The notes under the pieces were generated by a model. It had not been told where the DNA came from. It ran no database searches and saw only the letters and a program-made list of their open reading frames with translations. From assembly GCF_009914755.1 (NCBI RefSeq), contig NC_060944.1: a stretch of DNA of 64,000 nucleotides; one strand, written 5' to 3'. A program made the translations under genes and the position numbers. Origin of the DNA: the human T2T-CHM13v2.0 reference genome, Homo sapiens. Below, in pieces: positions 49,931 through 64,000 of this stretch (positions within the stretch are counted from its first letter, which is position 1; every line of letters starts with the position of its first letter).

Positions 49931-50201
49931 CAACATAGAAAAACAGCTCAGTCACAAACTCAACAACCTGCAGGGCCAAACAGAAATAAAATGAGTGAGT
50001 GGGCCTGGCATCAGACAGGTGGGATTGGTGGAGACTGTAACAAAACTGGAGCATACAAGTCCCTTCTAGAAGGAGAAACTGCTCTCTCAGTTCCAACCAA
50101 TTCTTGTCATGCAAGAATGAATGTGGGTTTTTTGGTTTTTTCCAAGTGAGGGAGGCCAGAAATCTAGATTTTCATGTAAAATAATCCCAATTTAAAAACT
50201 A

Positions 50202-51015
<814 letters not shown>

Positions 51016-51738
51016 TCAGAAACTGCAGGATAAGGCCCAGCTCTCTCCTGGTGATTCTGATGTTCACCCAGGTGGGAGAACCACTGCTCCAGACCCTGTA
51101 TTTCAATGAGTGAACGGCACTATACAAAAAGCATAGAAACGTCTTCATTCTCAACCTAGCTTCATGTCCTTCTCTGGAAAATGGAATGATACCACCTTAC
51201 CAGCTGGATTGTAACTGTCTGTTGGTCAGATACAGTATTTTGATGATTTCAGTCAATAACTCTGCAAGCCTTGGTGTTACTACTGGTGTCTTTTTCTGTC
51301 TGCTTTCCCCCACCCCCGTCCCCACATTTTATTTGCTTTCTCAAAAGCATCTGCACACAGATACATGGGTGGACATCCTCAGAGGCAGGGTGACTCAGCC
51401 GAACAGAACCCTGCAACATGCACTGGCAAAAGTGCCCCACCCAGCGTCGAACACCCGACCTTGTCATTTACCCACGGGTGCTAGCACAATCAGTGTGCTA
51501 CGATTGAGGGGCGGCTCTTCCCCCTGCCAACTAAACCCTGGGGAAAATGAACACTCAAACTCCGTTGTTGGTATACACTGCCATTAGCCAAAGGAACAAA
51601 TGATCAAATGGAAAAAACAGACATTTTGTTGTTTGACATTTAGGTAAAATCAACTATTTTGGTGCCACTCCCTAGGCACAGCCCAGCCTTCTTCCTTATT
51701 CAATTACTTTGTAATATTTATGTTTAATCTAATAAACA

Positions 51739-52019
51739 GGTCGGGTGCGGTGGCCCACACCTGTAATCCCAGCTCTTTGGGAGGCCAAGGCCAGCAGATC
51801 ACTTGAGGTTAGGTGTTTGAGACCAGCCTGGCCAACATGGTGAAACCCCGTCTCTACTACAGACACAAAAATTAGCCGGGTGTGGTGCAGGCGCCTGTAA
51901 TCTCAGCTACTCAGGAAGCTGAGGCAGGAGAATCACTCGAACCCGGGAGGCGGAGGTTGTGATGAGCCAAGATGGCACCACTGCACTTCAGCCTGGGCGA
52001 CAGAACGAGACTCTGTCTC

Positions 52020-52047
<28 letters not shown>
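51739..52047 (+). mobile_element. Alu (AluS-like)
   Basis: Full dimer with long A tail. Confidence 0.95.
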
Positions 52048-52051
<4 letters not shown>

Positions 52052-52675
52052 GCAAACACACTGTTCCAGGCATTGTTCTAAGCACTTTAAAACCATTAAC
52101 TTATTTAATCCTCACAATATTATTATCCCCCTTTTGCAGTTAAGAAAACTGAGGCATGAAGAACTTGCCACACAGTTTGTGAAGTATGTGGTGGCTCCGT
52201 GGACACTGTATATAAACTTGGGAGGAATTTCATAGAGACAGGACCCAGCACTCATTGGACTCCTCCGACTCTCCTTGAGTCCTTGAGATGCTGACTCTGT
52301 GCCTCAGCCAGCTCAGAAATGAGACTCAGGCAGTCTCTCCTCCCACCACCTTCCATGGAGTGCTCCCTGGGCTGGATGCTAGTGAGCTGAGCCTCTCTGA
52401 ACTTTCCCACTGCACCTGTCCCTCACCGCTGTCCTTTGCTGGCCACCCACCACTACCTCTTTCCGATGGCCATCTCTGAGTTTCCTATAGCAAAAGGTGG
52501 GGATGATTCTTCTCAAAGGCCACCAGGAGGACATCCTTCCTCAAAGTTAGGTTTATGAGCTTGTGCAGACAGAGAGAATGCCCACTGACAGAGGCATAGG
52601 AGGTTCTCAGTCCGAGGGAGCTGGGGGAGCTCATTACAGGGTTTCTGCTTGCGCTGGGTAATTCTAAGGAAGGTG

Positions 52676-53172
52676 GGGTTGCAGATCTAGCAAATAAAAT
52701 ATACAGGACACCAGTGAAACTTGAATTCCAGATATGGCATAAGTATATCCTATGCAATATTTAGCACATACTTATACTAAAAAACATTATTCATTATTTA
52801 TCAAAAATTTAAATTTGGCCGGGCACGGTGGCTCACGCCTGTAATCCCAGCACTTTGGGAGGCCTAGGTGGGTGGATCACAATGTCAGGAGATTGAGACC
52901 ATCCTGGCTAACGCGGTGAAACCCCGTCTCTACTAACAACACAACAAATTAGCCGGGCATGGTGGCGGGCCCCTGTAGTCCCAGCTACTCGGGAGGCTGA
53001 GGCAGGAGAATGGCATGAACTCAGGAGGCGGAGCGTGCCGTGAGCCGAGATTGTGCCACTGTACTCCAGCCTGGGCAACAGAGCGAGACTCTGTCTCAAA
53101 AAAATAAAATAAATAAAAATAAAATAAAATTTAAATTTAACTTAGCATCCTGTATTTTCTTGAGTAACTCTA
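52676..53172. mobile_element. MER53-like hAT MITE interrupted by an AluY (52817-53128)
   Basis: gggttgcagatctagcaaataaaa...gtaactcta; AluY diagnostics accatcctggctaac and gagaatggc; aaaatttaaattt TSD. Confidence 0.8.
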
Positions 53173-53574
53173 CAGGAGGGCTAAGATGTTGTCAGGAAGT
53201 GAGGGTAATTTGTTGCTAGGGGTAGCTTGATGGTCTTTATCTGGAAGGGGAGGAAATAAAGGGAGCTTGAGGGATCATCGGTGGAGGAGCAGCCAGCGCT
53301 CGTGTGTGTCGAAAGAGGGGGCCATTTCGTCGTTTTTGTGGTTTCAGCATCCTGGTTTCTGTTCTGTCATTTCAGACCTGTTCCCTAGTGGCCTTGAATA
53401 GTTGGTGTTTACATTGTGTCTGTGTTGTTTATGTTCTGTTGGGAGCGTGCCAGGGGTGTTTCTTCCTTTCTCATTCTACTTCCAGATTCTAGGCTTGTTT
53501 CAGGGTCTCAAAGACACAGGTCACTTGGGGTTCTGTTCCGGGACAGCTGGTTCCACCTTGACCACTGGTTCTCT

Positions 53575-53740
53575 GGAAATATTTTTGGTTGCCACCACTG
53601 GGATGGGGATGCTACTGGTCTCTAGTAGGCAGACGCCAGAGATGCTGCCAAACTTCCTCCAATGACCAGGACAGCCCCCACGACAAAGAATTATCTAGCC
53701 CCAAATTCTAACAATGCTGATGTTGAGAAATCCTGGTCTG
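53575..53740. mobile_element. MER20-like fragment
   Basis: tttttggttgccaccactggg...ggacagccccca..aaagaattatctagcccc..gttgagaaa. Confidence 0.7.
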
Positions 53741-53957
53741 CACTGTAAATTAGGAAATAAAATTTGTGTTTCTTGAGGTTTCTCCAACTATCTCTGAATC
53801 AGGCTTTCCAGAAGTAAAGGAAATGAAAGCAAGAAGACTGTGATCATGTATTTAGCACCCAGTGTCCTGCATGCTCCTTGAGGACAGAGAGAGTGTCTTA
53901 CTGAATTTGTATTACCTGGGCTGAGCTCAGTACCTGGCCGGTAATTGCAGGTGTTCA

Positions 53958-54340
<383 letters not shown>

Positions 54341-55394
54341 TCATTTATTCAGCCAGTATTGATTCCACACCTACAATGGTGAGGCCAGCCCTGGGCACCG
54401 GGTATGCGGTGCTGGGGGAAGCAAATCAGAATTGGAGAAACTTGAACTTGAAGGATGGGGATGAGGGGCAGGGCTACTCACATTGGGGTAGGGAAAGTCT
54501 TCCTGAAAAGGTGACTTTAAGCTGAACTGTGCAGGAGAGAAAGAGACGAAAGGAAGAGCATTCCCGGATAAGGAAGCCACATGTTTAAAGGCCTGGAGTG
54601 ACATCTGAGGCTCTGAGGGAGAAAAAGGGTGGCAAGTATAATGAATGGCAGGCCGGAAGGGCAGGAGGGGCAGGATGCCAGTCATGCCAGCCAGGTGAAC
54701 ACTGGGATTCCATTCTTAGTGCTATCGGAAGCGGTGATGGGTATGAGGAGGGGAGTGCCACCTATGTGCCACCCTCATAAAGCTCACCCGGCATTAGCAC
54801 TGTGTCTCCATCCATCAACCAAGAAAACCAAAGTGCAATTAAAATCTTCCCTGGAGTCACTCAAAGGAGGCCAGAGCCAGCCTCCCCATCAGCACAACTT
54901 GAAATCTTGACATTGAGTTGCTGTTCTTTCTCTACACTTGCTTCTTCAGGTGCCAAGCAGCTCTCTCAAATTGAGGTAGCCCTGCCCTTCCTCCCCATCC
55001 TTCAAGTTCAAGCTTCTCCAGTTCTGATTTGCTTCCTCTATCTCTCCCAAGCTCTTCCAGCCTGGTGGTCCTCTCTGGTTTACTCTGTCCCGTTCCCACT
55101 TTCTGGTCTTTATTGTACAGGTCCCCTTGACCTGGCTGGGGTCTTTAGTATCATGGTTTTCTTCTCTGCCCCGATTCAGAATCTGCTCAGCAAAAGCTGA
55201 GCCAGAACAGACTCAAAACTCACACCTTCCCCACTTGGAAGGTAAGACAGGGAGGAGGATTGCAGACTCCTGTCATGTGCATTTTTCAGGATTGTCTCAT
55301 ACTCTTTGAAATAACTCGTCTACCTGACATACGTGGAGTGGACAAGAGAGGGGCAGGAGAGGGAGTGAGAGAACCTCTGAGGACAAAGCAAACG

Positions 55395-55926
55395 ATGACA
55401 CTCAGGCCACATCCAGCTGGCATCTGTGCTTGAAAGTCAAGTTCTGGCTGGGCGAAGTGGCTCATACCTGTAATCCTAACTCTGTGGGAGGCTGAGATGG
55501 GAGGATGGCTTGAGGCCAGGAGTTCGAGACCAGCCTGGTCAACACAGTGAGACCCCATCTCTATTTATAAAGATAAATAAACTAAGAAAGTCAAGTTCTA
55601 TTGGAGCTGGGCATGGTAGCGTGTGCCTGTAGTCCCAGGTGCTCCTGGAGGCTGAGGCAAGAGGATCACTTGAGCCCAGGAGTTCAAGGCTGCAGCCACT
55701 GCACTCCAGCCTGGACAAGAGAGCAAAACTCCATCTCTAACAAAAAACAAATAAACAAACAACAAGTTCTATTGGAACCCAGCCATTCACTCACGTATTG
55801 TCTGTAACTGCTTCTGTACCATTAACTGCAGAGTTTGGTTGCTACAGGGACTGTATTGCCCCTATATAATAATTCCTAAAATATTCATTCTCTGGCCCTC
55901 TGTAGAGAAAGTTTGCTGACCACTGA
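55395..55926. mobile_element. MER58-like MITE holding two Alu monomers (55446-55585, 55606-55762)
   Basis: aagttctattggaacccagcc...aaagtttgctgaccactg; TSDs detailed in the findings. Confidence 0.75.
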
Positions 55927-56172
55927 CTTAGGAACTAACTGCATCCTGTCACTGAATTCTCAAAGGTAGTCTTGAGTGTAGGTAGCAGTATCTCTATTTC
56001 ACAAACAAACAAACAAACACATGCCAGGGCCATGAATCTATATAAACACCCCCAGAGAGTAAGTGGCAGAGCCAAGATTCACAGCCTGATCTCCCAGGGC
56101 AGGTTCCATTCTCTATCCTGAACTGCACTACTTGCCTCATACATACAGGTTGTCAGAAACAGCTGGAATAGT

Positions 56173-56468
<296 letters not shown>

Positions 56469-56917
56469 TAGCAGGAATGAATTCATCAGAGGTGTTAACC
56501 TTGGATGCTTACAGGGGCCAGGAAGATAATGTAGGCGAGTGAAGCCAACCCAGGCCAAAGTTGATAAATGGCAACTGACATTTGGCCTCAGTATTAGAGA
56601 ACAAGAACCATAGGGAGTGGTGGGGTCTGCGGCCATCTGGAGAATAGATATCCCATCTAACAAGGCAGCATCACCATCGTGGTCCAGGGTTTCTAATTTT
56701 CAAGAAGCTGGAAACCTGAATTTTTTTGTGTAAGTCTCCTGACTTTTGCATGAAATATTATTATATTTAAATGTTGAAACTAGTTTAACTCTAAAAGACA
56801 AGACAAGCCCATGTGAAGCAAACCGGGCAGAGCATGGATGAGTGTCCTATAGGCCACTGGAGTATGACCTCTGATATGTGACATACACATTGGAGTGACT
56901 GCCACAGCCTTCCTCAA

Positions 56918-57352
56918 TGTCTTAGACTGTTTTCTGCCGCTAAAACAGAATACCTGAGCCTGGCTAATTTATAAAGAACAGAGATTTATATGCTACAACT
57001 CTGGAGGCTGGGAAGTCCCAAGGTTGAGGGGACTGCATTTTGCGGGGGCCTTCTTGCTGCGTCATTCCATGGTGGAAGGTGGAAGGGCAGCAGAGAGTAC
57101 ATGTGCATGCAAGGGTAGGAGGGAGAGAGAGAGGAAGGGCAGGAGAGAGAAGGAAAAGGGGCTGAACTCATCCTTTTATCAGGAACCCACTCCTGTGATA
57201 ACCAGCCCACTCCCAAAATAATGGCGTTAATCCATTCAAGATGGCAGACCCCTTTGACCTATTTACCTCCTAAAAGCCCCACCTCTCAACACTGTTGCAT
57301 TGAAGATTAAGTTTCCAACACATGAACTTTGAGGACACAGCCCAATCATAGC
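56918..57352 (-). mobile_element. MaLR LTR (MST/MLT1A-like)
   Basis: tgtcttag...ctaatttataaagaacagagattta...ctctggaggctgggaagtcc...ccaatcatagc. Confidence 0.8.
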
Positions 57353-58214
57353 CCTGGAGAGGGTTGGGTCTTGTGGAGGGGAGAGGCAGCTCTAGGGGAG
57401 GCAGCTGGGGGTTGCCCTGGCCTGTGTACCAGACAGAGCCCTGGCTCCCAGCCAAACCCTCAGCTGGACACTGGGTGCATTCTCATCCTTCACTTATCAC
57501 CAGAGCGAGGAAGGAAGGAAGTTCCACCCATCACCAGAAGCTCTCCACTTATTACTTCAAGGAAGGAAATTCCAAGGAACCAAAGAAGATACAGAGATGC
57601 AGGAACGCTGAGCTCAGGAAGGAAGAGGGTGGAGGTGGGTCTGGGAAAGCCCCAGGGTCTGAGATAAAGCTGGTGAGTTTGTCCTGGGTATAGCCACAGG
57701 GCCTTGCCCAGAGTCCACACACTCACCTTTTCAAACGTAGTAAAAGCCAATATTCCCTTTAATGCATCAAAGATATGTGTACCTCACCTGGGTAAATACT
57801 GGTGGAAAGGCCATGGGTTTGTAAGGGCTGCCAATCCCTGTTGCACCATTACCAGCTGCATGACATTAAGCAAACTCTCAGAGCCTCAGTTTCCTCATCT
57901 GTAAGGTGGGATTAATAAATCCCTGTCCTATGGTGCTAAGACGATGGAGGATTAAGTGAGACAATGGACAATGCCAGCCATCAAGAAGGCCCCTCCTTAA
58001 GGGGCAGCTGCTGTTGGCTGAAGCTGGTTAATGAAGTGTTATTTCTTCACCTTCCTCATGCCTGTAACATTGACCTCTGAGCCTTCACCACAGTCGGGAG
58101 AGCTTAGGTCCATGCTCCATCTGTCTGCAGGGCGATCACTTCCAAACCAAAAAAGACTCATCCAAGAGGCATTATGTTGTGTTATGGACATAGGAACTTC
58201 AGAGTTTGGACATC

Positions 58215-58591
<377 letters not shown>

Positions 58592-58868
58592 TCATTCCCA
58601 GCATGCGGGTTAATGAAGATTGAGAAAAATTCAAGTAACCCCAAAACATCATCATTTATTTACTAAGACTTCGAGTTTCAAAGTTCAAAGCTTTTCAGAA
58701 TCAAATTGAAGAGTCAGAAATTACTCACAGGCAGCAGAAGTTGGCGGCCCTCCTTCCATTCTGTTCAGAGATTTGTGGTCACTTGTGGAATATCCACTAT
58801 TTGGAAAGAGCTGGGCTTAGGGGTGGGCAATGGAAAAAATACACGTGGAACACCACGCCTGTTGTTCA

Positions 58869-59165
<297 letters not shown>

Positions 59166-60191
59166 GTCTGCTCTTCAGTTTTTGTTAGTAACCCACTGAG
59201 GCCCATAAAACAAACACACCTGTCATCAGAGCAGCCAGCTTTATAATCTCCTCCTCCAATCCCCCTCGTTGTCTCCTCCGTCCCATCATTCACCCCACAC
59301 ATCCTTCCCTGCCCTACCCCCAAGGCAAGATTAAATGCCTTCAGAGGTTCCCAAATACTGAGGAGTTTTGATCCGCCACCACTTATACATAACTAAAAAT
59401 AATTTCAATTTTTCCCAAGTGACACAGAAGTTACCTATATGCTGAAATTGAAATCATTCCTTTCTGGAACTTTCAACAGCCAAGTGCTGGGCAAGTTCAT
59501 CCGAGATGAGCATTTGTGTGCTTGTGTGCACGTCTCTGTGTTGAGCCCCGGCACACACTCTGCACCCTACTCCCCGCTGGCATGGGATGATTTGGGTTGG
59601 AGCAGTTGTGCCCACTATTGTGGGCATCCTCATGCTGGTCCCCTTTCACCATCCCACCAAGTTATCTCATCTCTTACAGATGAGGAAACTGAGATCCTGG
59701 TAGGTTACAGTCTCGCCGCACAGGTCCCATAGGTAGTAGGAGCCAGCAGAGCTAGTTTCAGGCCAGGTCTGTGTGGTTTCCAGGGCTCATCAGTAAGCTA
59801 AACTGGTCTCCTTGGTGGCCACAAGACATTGGCTTCCCCAGAGGCACTCAGCAGGCAGCCTGGGTGTGGTGCGGCTACTAGTAAATGGGGACCATGATGC
59901 GGCCATGCCTGGGAGCCCAGCCAGTCTTGAGCAGGAAAAGGTGGGGCCCCTGTGGTAGCTGCACACGCTTCCTCCAGCTTGCATCCCAAGTGTCCATCAA
60001 CGCAGATTTTGAGGACAAGGCACAGAGCTGGCTGAACTTTTCAAAGAAGAGATTTCCCAACAGGAAGAATGTGCAAAGTGAGCTCTGAAGATGTGCTAGG
60101 AGAAATTAAGGAAGTGTTTCCTTGCAACCTGGTTTTTAATCTTGTGTACATTAATTTTTTATTTATTTTAATTTTTTTCATACTTTCTCTC

Positions 60192-61360
<1,169 letters not shown>

Positions 61361-62468
61361 CAAATATGTCAATATTTTACATAAATAGATAATTTTGTCT
61401 CTATATAGCTACATATGTAGTCTGTTTTCTGAACCATCTGAAAATACATTGGAGACACACCTGCGACCACACCACCTTATCTCTAAATCCTCCTTGTGTA
61501 TTTCTGAGGAACAAGGACATTCTCTTGCACAAACAGTAAGTAAAAGACACAAGCCAAAAAGCTATTATACACACACTGATAACACTAATATAACACTCCT
61601 CTCTAACCCACAGCTCATTTTCAGAGCTTGTTCATTGCTCTGGTCATGTCCTTATACTATTTCTTTTCCTATTTCTTTGCCTCACTGCATTTAGTTGTCA
61701 TGATTCTTTGGCCTCCAAATGGTCCTGTCTCACTCATTTCATTCCGTGTTTAACTTTTTGCTTCAGTGTCACATACATGCAGAAAGTGCTCACGTCAATA
61801 TCCAGCTTAGTGAATTTCCACAAAGTCAACATACCTGTTACTGGCTTTGAATGGCATTTGTATGTGACATTTTTTACAAAATGAATCTCTTTGTTATCAG
61901 AATAGGTGAATCGCGTGGGTGAGCCCAGCGTACAGATGTGCAGCCAGCCATGGCTATGGGTCCACAAGACAGGGGCTGTCTGTGGTTTTGATGGAAGGAT
62001 CTACAGGGCTCCCTTTTAGTTCAGGTTTTACTTCCTGGCCCTGTGGACTCCTGTGGCCTCTTCTACCCATTTCAGAGTAGCCATTTGATGTGTTTTCATA
62101 ATTGAATTAAGCTAAACATGAAAAGCAGATTCTAAAACTCAGCCTTAACTCCAGGACTCCTCAAGTACACGTCAACTGGACCCAGACAAGTTTCTCATCT
62201 GAGTCAAAATGCTGTGACCCAGAACAGGGAAAGGGCTTTCACATAGACACATTTCATATGAGCATTGCTTAAAGACACAAAGGAAGGAAGCCTGGGGTTC
62301 AACTGTGCTCTCACCACCCCAGAACCTGATTTGGTCTCCTGCTGCAGGTCCATGCTTTTTACCAGGCCAGACCCCTCTCCAGGGGCATCTCAGCCAGTTC
62401 ACCTGGCTCCAGGAGGCCTGTTCCCATCAGGAAAAGCCCCTGCATCCATTGCTGGGATGGTCATTTCT

Positions 62469-62821
<353 letters not shown>

Positions 62822-63244
62822 TGAACAGCAGGTTTTTCTTCTCCATCCTGAATGTTTGATGTCACTAGGAAATGGAAGACCCCGGGGTGTGGGAAAGGCA
62901 CAGCTGAGGAAGCTGCATGTTGTCCACAGCATCAAGAGGTGCCATGAGCGTGCGGTGCACAGGCTGAGCCTCAGTCCATGCGCATGGGTCCAGAGAAAGT
63001 GCTGCGAGGTCCTCTTCACAGTTAGGGCCCTCCTGGGCTTTGCCTCTGATTACTGTCATTTTCTTGGAGGAGCCCAGAATTTAGAAGCTGGAGATGGGTT
63101 CGTATAGATCATTTTCTCAAGAGAAGGTCTCCATGACATATATTCATAAACAAAAAGAAACTCTTCTACCTTGTTTTCTATGAAGTTATTTTCTAGGGAT
63201 TCTGTTTTGTTGTCGTTGTTCACACTGTAGCTCTCAGATCTTAC

Positions 63245-63905
63245 TGTTTTTTTTTTAATTGTGATAAAGCATACATAACATAAAATTTACCATTTTAAGC
63301 ATTTTTAACCATGTTTTTTAAGCTCACCATTTTAAGCACTTTAGTGATGGTGTCTCACTGTGTTGCCCAGGCTGTTCTCAAACTCCTAGGCTCAAGCCAT
63401 CTTCCTGCCTTGACTTCTGAAAGTGCTGAGATTACAGACATGAGCCACCATGCCCAGTCACATTTTAAACATTTTTAAATGTACAATTCTGTGGCATTAA
63501 GTACATTCATATTGTTGTGCAACCATCACCACCATCCATTTCCAGAACTCCTTTCATCTTGCAGAATTGAAACTCTATCTATTAAATAATTCCCCATTCC
63601 TCCTTTTCCTCAACCCCTGGTAACTACCCTTCTGCTTCCTGTTTCTATGAGTTTGACTCCTCTCGGTACTTCCTACAAGTGGAATCATACAGTGTTTGTC
63701 CTTCTGTAACTGGCTTATTTCACTTAGCTTAATGTCCTCAAAGTTTATCCTTTTTGTAGCATATGTTATAATTTTCTTCCTTTTTAAGGCTGAATAATAT
63801 TCCATTGTATGAGAAGACCACATTTTGCTTATTCATTCATCCATCAGCGGACACTGGGTGCTTCTACCTTTTGACTGTGGGAAATAATGCTGCTATGAAT
63901 GTGGA
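63245..63905 (-). mobile_element. L1MB-like 3'UTR with an Alu monomer (63341-63457)
   Basis: acataaaatttaccatttt...gtggcattaagtacattcatattgttgtgcaaccatcacc; ORF 63575-63823 is L1 ORF2 C-terminus/3'UTR-like. Confidence 0.85.
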
Positions 63906-64000
63906 TTAGAACCTGTTTTTAAGGAAGATTATTTTTTTCTCTTGCCCCGAATAAAAATATTAAAACCTATGTGATTAAGGGGGCCCATCTGCCCATAGGC

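Overview
Primate (most likely human) genomic DNA, dense in repeats (about 50 Alu copies or fragments, plus L1, L2, MIR, LTRs and DNA-transposon fossils). It covers the 5' part of RIN2 (Ras and Rab interactor 2) on the + strand. Two coding exons are visible. The first is a long-isoform exon (ATG 36687 to donor 36797, MLDSFSQ...ASQTT). It splices in phase 0 to the 93-nt exon 39581-39673 (ESPACSGASLGE-MTAWTMGARGLDKRGSFFK), which holds the start of the shorter isoform. The next exon (LIDTIASE...) is not in the window. A 5'-truncated L1PA (2928-5572, minus strand, 15-bp TSD) abuts a Tc2/Kanga-like transposase fossil. I see no evidence for a new multi-gene system. The most unusual local structures are: (1) two short non-tandem templated duplications (63 bp and 97 bp, 1.3-1.9 kb apart); (2) a 28-unit minisatellite grown inside a MER31-like LTR; (3) a pyrimidine STR followed by TAG stops in all three frames just upstream of the long-isoform ATG; (4) two Alu monomers inserted with overlapping TSDs; (5) a candidate frame-shifting cryptic exon. 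Gene and repeat-family names come from recalled sequences, not from a search, and repeat boundaries are approximate.
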